In this document: positions 1 through 8,977 of the stretch, in pieces
How positions within the stretch are numbered: position 1 is the stretch's first letter
Layout of the letters: every line of letters begins with the position of its first letter
Assembly: GCA_964634935.1 (NCBI GenBank)
Contig: CAZWJT010000001.1
Coordinates: 160,949-224,948, forward strand
Length of the DNA: 64,000 bases
Direction: 5' to 3'
Source: an uncultured Planctomycetia bacterium
Lineage (GTDB): Bacteria > Omnitrophota > Gorgyraeia > Duberdicusellales > Duberdicusellaceae
Program-made: the position numbers and the translations under genes
Notes under the pieces: generated by a model
Told to the model about the DNA's origin: nothing
Databases searched by the model: none
What the model saw: only the letters and a program-made list of their open reading frames with translations

Positions 1-1
1 T

Positions 2-997
2 ATTGAGAAATTGCAGATTCAAGGAAAAATCCTCAACTCCCAGATCCGCTTAGCTGGATTGTTAAAAAATTTCCAGCAGCCATTTGTTGATTGTATCGGT
101 TCTGGCTCACTCGACAGTGAACGAATCACAGATTTCCTCCGGGAGCGAAAAATCATGCTGATGAAATGTTCGGGGATGCTCGAAACTATGTTTACCATAA
201 AAGGAAATCTATTCTCCACAGAAACACTGACAGCAAAAGCCAGTCTCTTAAGTAAAAATCTAAAAATTTCCGAATTCCGAATCAGCAACGTAAAAGGTAT
301 CGCTCAATTGAAAAATAACGAGTTCACCGTAAGTCCACTCCAAGCTGAATGCTACCAGGGCATCGTTGATATTCGCGGCCACCATTTCCTCCAAGGAAAA
401 ACCATCGCTACGCTCACGGCACAAAATATCAGTTTAAAAGAACTCCAAAACGACTTGCCGATAAAAGAAAAAAATTACACGGGAATTATCACAGGGAAAA
501 TAGTTCTTACCTCACCGAACATTAAAGATTTAAATCTATTGGAAGGCCGCGGCTTGATTGAAATCAAAGATGGAAAAATATGGCAGCTGAACCTCTTTAA
601 GCAGTTAGGAGCAGTGATTTTTACTCCGGAATTCAAGAATCTCGTCTTTACCGAAGGGGCTTCTGATTTTCTAATTCACGACAAGAAAATCGATATCCGC
701 CAGCTTGAATTGAATTCTGAATTCGTCAGCCTCGAAGGGAAAGGAACGATTGGATTTGATGGATTGCTCAATCTTAATCTTTATCCATTGGTGATCGAGA
801 GTAAAATGAATGAGACGAAAGATATCCGCAAATTTACTTCAAAATTATTTGGTCAAGGCGGCTTAACCTTGGAGGTGAAAGGAACATTGAAAGAACCAAA
901 AATTACGGTACAATCTATTATTACGAACCCGGTCAAACAAATAAAAAACATATTCCAAGATTTCTTTAAACCAGAAACCGATGATTCAAGAAAATGA
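2..997 (+). CDS. AsmA-family-like protein, C-terminal region; 5'-truncated by the window edge (the reading frame is open back to nt 2)
   Basis: No stop codon upstream in frame, so the gene starts outside the window; the track's M at 11 is actually a TTG. The beta-rich, repetitive K/L/G-rich composition is typical of AsmA-like C-terminal regions. Weak call from composition and architecture only. Confidence 0.35.
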   Translation: MEKLQIQGKILNSQIRLAGLLKNFQQPFVDCIGSGSLDSERITDFLRERKIMLMKCSGMLETMFTIKGNLFSTETLTAKASLLSKNLKISEFRISNVKGIAQLKNNEFTVSPLQAECYQGIVDIRGHHFLQGKTIATLTAQNISLKELQNDLPIKEKNYTGIITGKIVLTSPNIKDLNLLEGRGLIEIKDGKIWQLNLFKQLGAVIFTPEFKNLVFTEGASDFLIHDKKIDIRQLELNSEFVSLEGKGTIGFDGLLNLNLYPLVIESKMNETKDIRKFTSKLFGQGGLTLEVKGTLKEPKITVQSIITNPVKQIKNIFQDFFKPETDDSRK

Positions 998-1742
998 TCT
1001 GGTGTATTTACACCATGACCAAAAGAACCAGTATCTGCTGAAAGCAGAAAGACGAAAATTCAATACAAGCCAAGGTTGCCTGAATTTGGGTGATCTTATT
1101 GGAAAGAATTTTGGTGACACAATCTCGACGCACACGGAAAAACAGTTCTCGATCTTAAAGCCTTCAGTGGAAGATATCGTTATGCGCCGAGTGCATCGAG
1201 CAACACAAATCATTTACCCCAAAGATGCGGCGCTTATTCTCGTGAAATCCGGAATACGATCAGGCGATAAAATCCTTGAAGTCGGGACGGGAAGCGGTGC
1301 TTTGACGATTTTCTTGGCTAATTTTATAGGACCAACGGGAAAAGTTTATACCTATGAACGGAATCAGGAATTTTTTGTGAATGCCCGCCGAAATATAGAA
1401 GAAGCTGGTTTTTGCAGCACTGTTGTAATGCATCAGAAAGAAATCAAAGATAGCTTTGAAGAACAGGATGCCGATTTCGTGATGATTGACTTGCCCACGC
1501 CCTGGGAGATACTTGATGCTGCTTTTCAATCGTTAAAAAACGGCCACCGGATTGCGTCAATTCTTCCCACGGTCAACCAGGTAGAACGCTTCGTAATCGC
1601 CTTGGAAGAAAAAAAATTCCTTAATATAGAAACGATTGAAGTCTGGTTACGCCATATGATAGTGCGCCCCGGAAAAACAAGGCCTGAGCAATTAATGCCT
1701 TCCCACACCGGATACCTTATTTTCGCTACAAAAAAATCCTAG
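981..1742 (+). CDS. trmI: tRNA (adenine-N1)-methyltransferase TrmI/Gcd14 family (m1A58)
   Basis: SAM-binding motif EVGTGSGALT, conserved IIYPKD motif and the overall TrmI layout (small N-terminal beta domain followed by a class I methyltransferase fold); 253 aa. Confidence 0.8.
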   Translation: MIQENDLVYLHHDQKNQYLLKAERRKFNTSQGCLNLGDLIGKNFGDTISTHTEKQFSILKPSVEDIVMRRVHRATQIIYPKDAALILVKSGIRSGDKILEVGTGSGALTIFLANFIGPTGKVYTYERNQEFFVNARRNIEEAGFCSTVVMHQKEIKDSFEEQDADFVMIDLPTPWEILDAAFQSLKNGHRIASILPTVNQVERFVIALEEKKFLNIETIEVWLRHMIVRPGKTRPEQLMPSHTGYLIFATKKS

Positions 1743-1762
1743 AAAATCCTCAAAAAGGTCCT

Positions 1763-3355
1763 TTATTGAAGATTCAGAATGATCCCGACAACATTCCCGG
1801 TATCGTCGGTAATTACTTGCTGAAATTGGGCAGCAACTTGCTGAAATTCTGGGGAAAAAACCGAGCCATCTTTTTGTAGGCTCCATGTTTTCAGTTGTGC
1901 CAGAAATGACTCGCTGAGAAAATCTTCTTTTCGAAAAACACCAAACTGCTCTGCGTGTTTATTGACAAACAGTACTTTCCCGTGCGGATCTAACAACACG
2001 ATGCCATACTTCAAGATATCAAAAACTGTTTCTGCCTGACGGCTGTAGCTGGTAAGAAACATATTCTGTTCTTTAAGTTTCTTGGTCCGAGCTTTTTCTT
2101 GTTTCAGAACCAACTCCTCGAAAACTTTTTTCATCTCATCAGAAGCTTGGTCAACAGGTATTTCCTGCGATTTCACCTTCTCTAAAAGCGCATTTGCCTC
2201 TTTCGGAACCTGAAATTCCTTTTCAGCCTTCTTTTCCTGGGCAAGCTTCAGGCCTTCTTCAAAGATTGATTGTATCTGCTCGGGATTAAACCCGCGCTGC
2301 CTGAGAACTTCTCGGCATAAAAGCTCAAACTTTTGGGTAACCTTTTTCTGAAGAAGAGCCTTCGCGATCTTTGCCTTTTGCCGCGGAGAAATATTCTCGA
2401 CAGTAACGCCAAGAAATAGCGTATAACAAGCCAACCGATCACCGATATCTTCATTCATCAAACGAACTTTCGCAAACATATCCTGCAGAGATTCAGAAAT
2501 ATTCAGAACCCGAAGCTGCTGGGTGAGATCTTTGGACATCAAGGAAACCTCATCAAACATTTCATAAGTCTTATTCTCGACGAGCACGCGAAACAAATCC
2601 TCTTTGATGAATGACAGCTTGTCATAGAGAGAAGAAAAAAACTCTTCTCCCTTCGCTTTCTCAACTTTATCCAAAAGATGGAGTGCCTCCGAAATCGATC
2701 CAGCAACCTCTGCAGGATTTTCCTTCAGCCGCTGGACAAAAGTCTCTACATTGGTTTCTGGCTTCAGCGCATCATGAATGAGATTTAATACCGCTTGATC
2801 TTTATCCACTTCTTTTTCCGTTTGCACCGGAGCAGCATCGAGATCAAAAACTTGCACATTCTCGTTCACAATCTTTTGTGTCTTTCCGATAAGTTCGTAT
2901 TTGACTGGATTGACTTCGACAGTTTGCATTTGCGCTGCCGCGGCAAGCTTTTCTACCCCTCCGGAGCTCAAGATTTCATCGACTTTCCTGGCAAAAATCC
3001 CGAGAAGCCCAAAGAAATCTTTCTCCTGTAGATTGCTCCTGAAACGAATGCTTACTAAATTCGCCTTTGAAAACATAACAACGAGCTTCTGCACAAGAAG
3101 GTTTTTTTCTTCTAGCGGGAAAAGTTCATATTTAAACTTACCTTCCGCTACATAGAAAATCGCATCCCCTTTCAGCTGAAGAATGTTTTTGAGAAATCCA
3201 AGCGCCCGCTCCGCTGGCTGCCGGGTAAACTGATGTTCAATGCCTAGCATTTGCGCCTGGACAAAAGCCATGCTTAAATTAATTGCGAATTGCGAAAAAA
3301 GCTGTTTTTCTTGAGGAGAAAGAGTAGTTTGGGGTTTTGATTGATTATTTTCCAT
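1763..3355 (-). CDS. Signalling protein: unnamed N-terminal domain shared with the two paralogs at 5506..8977, plus a C-terminal PAS domain
   Basis: C-terminus (...FDILKYGIVLLDPHGKVLFVNKHAEQFG...) is PAS-like. The N-terminal ~120 aa align with the N-termini of ORFs 5506..6942 and 6890..8977, for example LSMAFVQAQMLGIEH against LASALQFAKIYTIEH. Confidence 0.5.
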   Translation of the reverse strand: MENNQSKPQTTLSPQEKQLFSQFAINLSMAFVQAQMLGIEHQFTRQPAERALGFLKNILQLKGDAIFYVAEGKFKYELFPLEEKNLLVQKLVVMFSKANLVSIRFRSNLQEKDFFGLLGIFARKVDEILSSGGVEKLAAAAQMQTVEVNPVKYELIGKTQKIVNENVQVFDLDAAPVQTEKEVDKDQAVLNLIHDALKPETNVETFVQRLKENPAEVAGSISEALHLLDKVEKAKGEEFFSSLYDKLSFIKEDLFRVLVENKTYEMFDEVSLMSKDLTQQLRVLNISESLQDMFAKVRLMNEDIGDRLACYTLFLGVTVENISPRQKAKIAKALLQKKVTQKFELLCREVLRQRGFNPEQIQSIFEEGLKLAQEKKAEKEFQVPKEANALLEKVKSQEIPVDQASDEMKKVFEELVLKQEKARTKKLKEQNMFLTSYSRQAETVFDILKYGIVLLDPHGKVLFVNKHAEQFGVFRKEDFLSESFLAQLKTWSLQKDGSVFSPEFQQVAAQFQQVITDDTGNVVGIILNLQ

Positions 3356-3437
3356 AAAAGAAATTTAGCATAAATACAGAAAAAATCAACTATTGATTGT
3401 TGTATTTGCCAGAACAAAAACAAGTTTTCTAAAAAAG

Positions 3438-3465
3438 TTGCATTTGAAGTTTTTTATGATACTAT
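3438..3465 (+). promoter_or_regulatory. Candidate sigma70 promoter for tRNA-Lys (and possibly the downstream archease-rtcB): TTGCAT-N16-TACTAT
   Basis: TTGCAT at 3438..3443, a 16-nt spacer, then TACTAT at 3460..3465, about 20 nt upstream of the mature tRNA 5' end. Confidence 0.35.
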
Positions 3466-3486
3466 TTACCTTGTTTTACGAAAATC

Positions 3487-3559
3487 GGGCCACTGGCTCA
3501 ACTGGCAGAGCAACGGACTCTTAATCCGTGGGTTGAAGGTTCGAATCCTTCGTGGCCCA
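3487..3559 (+). tRNA. tRNA-Lys (anticodon CTT)
   Basis: Cloverleaf drawn by hand: acceptor GGGCCAC/GTGGCCC, D-arm GCTC...GAGC, anticodon stem ACGGA/TCCGT with loop CTCTTAA (CTT), T-arm GAAGG-TTCGAAT-CCTTC, discriminator A. 73 nt, CCA not encoded. Confidence 0.85.
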
Positions 3560-3620
3560 GAAAAATCCTCTCAAGAAATACTACGGCAAAATCCAAACAC
3601 CGATAAAATCGGCATACGCG

Positions 3621-4034
3621 ATGTCATACCGTATCATCGAACATACCGCAGACACAGGGATTATAGCCTGCGCGCCCTCCAGGAAAAAACTCTTTATCAA
3701 TACAGCAAAAGCTTTATTTGATATCATGGCAAAACCCCGAACGACCCAAGAAAACAAGAACATCACCTCAAAGATAAAAATCCAAGCGAGAAACCTTGAA
3801 GAATTACTTGTCAAATGGCTGAACCAGTTGCTGTTTCTCTCAGAAACAAAAAAAGTTATTTTTACCGAAATAAAGATTATCGCTCTTTCCCGTACCTCTC
3901 TGTCAGCCTTACTTTTAGGGAAATCTTTCCGAAATTTTCTGGTTGCAACCGGAGTAAAAGCCGCAACATATCACCGCTTACGCGTGCAGCGAAAAAAAGG
4001 CTTATGGCAAGCGCTGGTTATTCTGGACGTCTAA
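3621..4034 (+). CDS. Archease (RtcB activator)
   Basis: Starts MSYRIIEHTADTGI, matching the archease N-terminal signature (EHTADxG); ~138 aa. It sits immediately upstream of rtcB, the usual archease-RtcB pairing. The longer track ORF (from 3552) begins with a GTG inside the tRNA, so the start was moved to the ATG at 3621. Confidence 0.8.
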   Translation: MSYRIIEHTADTGIIACAPSRKKLFINTAKALFDIMAKPRTTQENKNITSKIKIQARNLEELLVKWLNQLLFLSETKKVIFTEIKIIALSRTSLSALLLGKSFRNFLVATGVKAATYHRLRVQRKKGLWQALVILDV

Positions 4035-4054
4035 TTTCAACTACCCATTAACGC

Positions 4055-5509
4055 ATGAATCAAACCTGGCAGAAAACTTTAGAACAGATTGACTCCTATC
4101 GTTGGCGTATCCCCCTCTCTTACCGCAAAGGAATGCTCGTTCCTGGTTTGATTTACGCAAGTCCTTTGCTAATCGAGGATATCAAAAAAGACAAAGCGCT
4201 GGAACAAGTTGCGGCCGTCGCTGCCCTCCCCGGCATCGTCAATGCTTCTTTGGCTATGCCTGATATCCATTGGGGATATGGGTTCTGTATTGGCGCGGTC
4301 GCTGCGACTGATCCTGAAAATGACGGAGTCATTTCTCCCGGCGGAGTTGGTTTTGACATAAACTGTGGGGTACGACTCCTGAAAACAGAACTTACCCGGC
4401 AAGAACTGCTTCCAAAACTTGAAAAAATCATGACCGAGTTGCATAGAACAATCCCGGCTGGAGTAGGCTCAGACGGTGCGTTCACCTTTACAGCTCAAGA
4501 ACTTAAAAAAGTGGTCTGCGGAGGAATCCAATGGGCAATTAACCATGGAATTGGAACGCAAAATGACCAGGAATTCTGCGAAGAACACGGAACATTATCC
4601 GACACGGAGACGCTCTGCGTTTCCGCGAAAGCTTTTGAACGCGGCAGAAAGCAGCTTGGAAGCTTGGGAAGCGGCAATCACTTCATAGAAATCCAGGTGG
4701 TTGACGAAATATATAACCTGGAAGCTGCAAGAATTATGGGCCTTTTCCCTCAACAGATCACCGTAATGATCCACTCTGGCTCACGCGGCTTTGGCCATCA
4801 GATTTGTGAAGACTACTTGGAAACAATGCTCATAGAGCGTAACCAGAATCAAAAGCTTACCGACCGTCAACTTGTCAACGCACCCGTGAACAGTCCCATT
4901 GCCCAAAATTACATAAAAGCTATGAACTCTGCAGCAAACTACGCCTGGCTCAATCGACATATGCTTGCTCATCAGATACGTTTGTGCTTCGAGAAATTGT
5001 TTTCTCGGCAGACGGCGCGCCAAATGGACCTGTTGTATGACGTAGCGCATAATATCGCGAAATTTGAAACTTATCTCATTCAAAACAAAAAGAAAAAACT
5101 CTGCGTTCATCGAAAAGGAGCCACTAGAGCGCTTGGTCCAGGCAACAAAGAATTACCGCTTCTCTATCAGCAGACTGGACAACCAGTACTCATACCGGGC
5201 GATATGGCAAGACCATCTTTTGTGCTTGTAGGAACCAAGCAAGCAGAAGAAGAAACTTTTAGTTCTGTCTGTCATGGTGCGGGCAGGCTGCACTCGCGTC
5301 ACGACTCCATAAAACATACAAACGTAAAAAAGCTCCTGGAGGAGTTAGCACTCAAGGGAATACAGATAAAAGCTACCGGTCAGAAAACAATCGCCGAAGA
5401 AGCGCCTTATGCCTATAAAGATGCCGAAGCGGTCGTAGAAACAGTGGAAAATGCAGGGTTGGCGAAAAAAATATGCCGTCTAAAACCCGTGGGGGTGCTG
5501 AAAGGCTAA
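4055..5509 (+). CDS. rtcB: RNA-splicing ligase RtcB (3'-phosphate/5'-hydroxyl RNA ligase)
   Basis: 484 aa with the hallmark RtcB motifs: PDIHWGYGF, GGVGFDINCG, HSGSRGFGHQ, and the C-terminal HGAGR (nucleophilic His). Confidence 0.9.
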   Translation: MNQTWQKTLEQIDSYRWRIPLSYRKGMLVPGLIYASPLLIEDIKKDKALEQVAAVAALPGIVNASLAMPDIHWGYGFCIGAVAATDPENDGVISPGGVGFDINCGVRLLKTELTRQELLPKLEKIMTELHRTIPAGVGSDGAFTFTAQELKKVVCGGIQWAINHGIGTQNDQEFCEEHGTLSDTETLCVSAKAFERGRKQLGSLGSGNHFIEIQVVDEIYNLEAARIMGLFPQQITVMIHSGSRGFGHQICEDYLETMLIERNQNQKLTDRQLVNAPVNSPIAQNYIKAMNSAANYAWLNRHMLAHQIRLCFEKLFSRQTARQMDLLYDVAHNIAKFETYLIQNKKKKLCVHRKGATRALGPGNKELPLLYQQTGQPVLIPGDMARPSFVLVGTKQAEEETFSSVCHGAGRLHSRHDSIKHTNVKKLLEELALKGIQIKATGQKTIAEEAPYAYKDAEAVVETVENAGLAKKICRLKPVGVLKG

Positions 5510-6942
5510 GAAACCTTGCGTAAGAGCTCTTGGGTAATAGATTGCGTTATTTCATTCTCATCCGCACCTAACGATATCTGTATAGAACGGTTCGTATCGC
5601 TGCGCAGATCCACCGAAAAAGGTTTTTCTATTTTCTTGCTAAGTTCGGCATAAAAAATCTTGACGTTAGGTTTCCGTATATCAGAAGAATGGATCTTTTC
5701 AACCACGCCAATCTCGCCAGTAGTAAGTTGCACGATGCTGCCAACCGGCCAAACTCCCACAATGCGGATAAAATTATCAAATAAGGCCGGATCGAGAACT
5801 CTTCCTCTCTCCTTTTCCATAATCTCATAGACCTTCTCAGGAGAAACAAGTTTTTTATAGGAACGCCTGCTCCGTAACGCATCATAAATATCCGATATAG
5901 TTACGAGAAGGCTGACGAGTACGGGTTTGCGCTTAAAAGGAGTTGCCGGATACCCGGCAACCATGAAACCTAAATGGTGTTCAAAGGCTGCTAAAGGTGT
6001 TACTTTGCTCAGTTTGCCAAAATGCAACAGTATCTTTGCCCCCAGAATCGTATGGCTTTTGACCGCAGAAAACTCCTCATCGGTGAGCGATGATGGCTTC
6101 TGAAGGATATGCCTCGCAACGGCAATCTTCCCAATATCGTGCATAAATCCAGCAACCCCGCTCTCGAGAATTTGCTGTTTTGATAAACCCAGGGCGCGCG
6201 CCTGAAGCATAGTCAGGATAGAAACATTTACACAATGCACAAGCGTATAATCATCATGCGTCTTCAGATTCATAAACATCGAAAGAACGTTTTCCTTCTT
6301 GGCGAGTACTTCAAAAATAGTGCAAACAATATCGATGAATGAATGGAGGTTGTCAATCTGTTTCAAGAATGCCTCATCAAGCATCTGAGTGGTCCGGTTC
6401 ACGATTTGCTGGTACATCATTCCAACAAATGGCAAATCAACATGGCCAACTTGCCCTCCCCCGGCTACTTCTTGCTGCTGAGCTTCAATCCTGAGCACAT
6501 CAACAGAAATGGATTGAATGCCGCGGGAAAGAAGTCTTTTTTCTATTTCTTCAGCAGAAGAAAGCTTTGTCGCAGAAACTTCCTCCAAGAACTTTGCGAG
6601 CTCCTCTTGGGTCACCCCAGGACCAAAGTAGATCTTTTGAATATTCTTTGCCTGGAGATCTTTAATGAAATCTTTTACGGAAGTCGTAAGATCAAAAAAG
6701 ATGTCGCCTTCAGAAAAAAGCTCATTCCCTAATAATCCGAAAACAACTGCCTTCCGCTCTTGGACGAGAGCCTCTAATTCTTTATAGAGCCCTTGAAGGG
6801 CATCAATCGCTTTCGTATGCTCTATCGTATAAATCTTGGCAAACTGGAGCGCTGAAGCAAGATGCTTGATAAATTCCTTTACTTTTGCATTATATGGCTG
6901 TTCCATGCTGGCATTCTTTGATGAGCAAACGAATTTTTTCAT
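5506..6942 (-). CDS. HD-GYP domain protein (c-di-GMP phosphodiesterase family) with an unnamed N-terminal domain; the metal-binding motif is partly degenerate
   Basis: HD motif FMHDIGKI and a GYP motif EHHLGFMVAGYP. The canonical motif is HHExxDGxGYP, so the E and D positions are substituted here. The start could instead be the ATG at 6906 (MEQPYN...). Its stop overlaps the rtcB stop (convergent genes). Confidence 0.75.
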   Translation of the reverse strand: MKKFVCSSKNASMEQPYNAKVKEFIKHLASALQFAKIYTIEHTKAIDALQGLYKELEALVQERKAVVFGLLGNELFSEGDIFFDLTTSVKDFIKDLQAKNIQKIYFGPGVTQEELAKFLEEVSATKLSSAEEIEKRLLSRGIQSISVDVLRIEAQQQEVAGGGQVGHVDLPFVGMMYQQIVNRTTQMLDEAFLKQIDNLHSFIDIVCTIFEVLAKKENVLSMFMNLKTHDDYTLVHCVNVSILTMLQARALGLSKQQILESGVAGFMHDIGKIAVARHILQKPSSLTDEEFSAVKSHTILGAKILLHFGKLSKVTPLAAFEHHLGFMVAGYPATPFKRKPVLVSLLVTISDIYDALRSRRSYKKLVSPEKVYEIMEKERGRVLDPALFDNFIRIVGVWPVGSIVQLTTGEIGVVEKIHSSDIRKPNVKIFYAELSKKIEKPFSVDLRSDTNRSIQISLGADENEITQSITQELLRKVS

Positions 6943-8977
6943 CCCTATCGTTTATAAGCTGAGGCCACAACTTCACAGCAGCCTGAACATCGATATGAGA
7001 AAGTGCCATGAAAGCTTCCAGGCGGACCTTATCTCTCCGACGAGTAAATACAAGGGGTCGGGAGAGACAAATCCGGGTCAAATACCCCACTGATTGCTTG
7101 AGTAAAAACTCCCGGGCAATCATGATGTTTTTTGAAATAATCTCATCATTCTTGCCGAGAAAATTTGGAACCGCAAATAGCAACTGCGCGGCTTTCTGGA
7201 GAGAATCCTCATCTTTTAAATGAATCAGATTCTCTACCGCTTTTCTTCGTAAGGGAAAATTCTCGCAGGCACATATCTCCAGAAGAAAATTCTTATCCTG
7301 AAATTGATTCCCATCTAACGCATGAAGAATTTCGAGACGCAAAAAATCCCAGTGCTCATCCTTATAGAAATCGACAAGCAGATAGAATGATTCTGCCGTA
7401 TGGAGAAAAGAAAGAATACGCAAAGCTTTACGCATCAATATATGCGTACTGCCGGGCTGAATCTTTTCCCGTATTGCGACAACACAGGCATAGTGATTCA
7501 TGTGCGACAGCAATTCTCCCAGAAACTCATCATAATCAGGATCAAAGAGCATCTGCACCATAGCTTCCGTGTGACGAACATCTTTCACAAAGCGCTCGGC
7601 CAAAGCGCTCAACTTTTGCTTACCGCCCTGACAGGAACTCTTGAAAAGAATATCGATAAACTCAGCAGTCAGAATCTGCTGTTGAGAGGTCTCAAAAATT
7701 TCCTTCAGCTGTGGCAGATCTTTTATCCTCTGCTCCTCTGCTTGTATGGTGGTAAAAGTATCTTCTAGAATCTGGGACTGCTTGGTTGCCAGAAAATGGG
7801 GCAACTCCTGGAGAATAGCCCGAAGAATAAATTCATATTGTTCAGGAATCTTTTCCATCTGAAGAAGATTCAGAAGCATGTAGAAGAAATTCACCGCGAG
7901 CTCCTCTTCAGACGGATAAGCGACCTGCACGGGGCTTAAAACATTTTCTTGCACCAGGGAATCAGCCAAAACCTTACGATATACCGAAGAAATAAACTGA
8001 TCGGATGAATTATCGTAGAAAAGCTCTTTGAGCGAGTTCATAAATGACATATCGTGAGGAATGTTTGTCTCACTGAGTTTCTCGCCCAATATTTCACCGA
8101 CAGAAACCTTATCATCTATTTTCCCAACGAGCGTTGAGATTACCTCAAGCATCAAAGGATCAACCTGGTCATTCATAAAGAAACTTTCAGAGAATATCCC
8201 GGCAAGCTGCTCAGCGGGAAGGGTCTTCAAATAACTCTCAAGCTCACTCTGGGGAAATAAATCTTGAAATTTGGTCAAGAATTTCCGGTCGAAGTTTAGA
8301 AGAGTAGAAACAAATTTCTGGGTAAAAGCAAGTACAAGCTCGGGATTTTTCTCTTGGATATGTTCTTTGATGTCATTCCATACCCGTAAAGCGTTAAACT
8401 GGCTCAAAGCCTGTTCATGTCTGGAAAGTTCACCTAAAATCCCGGCGATATTTTCTGAAATATACCCATACTCTTTCTCGGAAGAAATAGAATGAGAAGG
8501 AGTACGACCAAGAACAATATTCCAGATATTTTCGGGATGAGCTCCTTTTTGACTTAACAAAAAAGAATAATCCAGCTCTTCCACCGAAAAACTAGCGATA
8601 TCGCCAAAATCCGCGTGCGTAACGCGCTCAAGCTTCGAAATACGCACAATAACTTTTTTCAAATCTTCAACTGAAATACTTGTGCTCACCGTAAATGCCT
8701 TAATTCTTTTGCTATGGAAATATCCGGCAAAATCACCGTAGATCCCGATTTTTTCATCGAATGGCTCAGATTCAAAAAAAACCTTGTCAGGCGAGAGGGC
8801 GATTTGAAGTTGAGGCTGAAATTGGATAGCCTCTTGGAGCGCCTCATAAACGTGGTCAACCGATTTAAAAAATGAAGGGTGGTTTTCGCTATAAATCGAA
8901 GCATTCTTCAGAGCCACATGGAATGTTTTCACAAACTGCTCTATGAGCTTCCGGTTATCGTCTTTTGCCATACTCAT
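6890..8977 (-). CDS. Large hypothetical protein: paralogous N-terminal domain plus C-terminal HEAT/ARM-like repeats
   Basis: 695 aa. The N-terminus (KLIEQFVKTFHVALKNASIYSENH...) aligns with the N-termini of the HD-GYP protein and the 530-aa PAS protein. The C-terminal ~200 aa contain HEAT-like repeats (LRLEILHAL..., RRKAVENLIHL..., DEKIRLLIKE). Its 3' end overlaps the HD-GYP start by 53 nt. Confidence 0.5.
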   Translation of the reverse strand: MSMAKDDNRKLIEQFVKTFHVALKNASIYSENHPSFFKSVDHVYEALQEAIQFQPQLQIALSPDKVFFESEPFDEKIGIYGDFAGYFHSKRIKAFTVSTSISVEDLKKVIVRISKLERVTHADFGDIASFSVEELDYSFLLSQKGAHPENIWNIVLGRTPSHSISSEKEYGYISENIAGILGELSRHEQALSQFNALRVWNDIKEHIQEKNPELVLAFTQKFVSTLLNFDRKFLTKFQDLFPQSELESYLKTLPAEQLAGIFSESFFMNDQVDPLMLEVISTLVGKIDDKVSVGEILGEKLSETNIPHDMSFMNSLKELFYDNSSDQFISSVYRKVLADSLVQENVLSPVQVAYPSEEELAVNFFYMLLNLLQMEKIPEQYEFILRAILQELPHFLATKQSQILEDTFTTIQAEEQRIKDLPQLKEIFETSQQQILTAEFIDILFKSSCQGGKQKLSALAERFVKDVRHTEAMVQMLFDPDYDEFLGELLSHMNHYACVVAIREKIQPGSTHILMRKALRILSFLHTAESFYLLVDFYKDEHWDFLRLEILHALDGNQFQDKNFLLEICACENFPLRRKAVENLIHLKDEDSLQKAAQLLFAVPNFLGKNDEIISKNIMIAREFLLKQSVGYLTRICLSRPLVFTRRRDKVRLEAFMALSHIDVQAAVKLWPQLINDRDEKIRLLIKECQHGTAI

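Noticed and set aside
3533-3721. ORFs 3533..3721 and the N-terminal part of 3552..4034 that overlap tRNA-Lys
   Set aside because: They start with TTG/GTG inside the tRNA gene, and the archease homology begins only at the ATG at 3621. These are an artefact of ORF extension through a non-coding RNA.
4153-4485. Numerous antisense/shadow ORFs inside confirmed genes (e.g. 4153..4485, 17711..18241, 34554..35087, 2248..2454)
   Set aside because: They lie opposite or out of frame to strongly supported genes (rtcB, mreB, leuA and others) and have biased, low-complexity translations typical of shadow ORFs.
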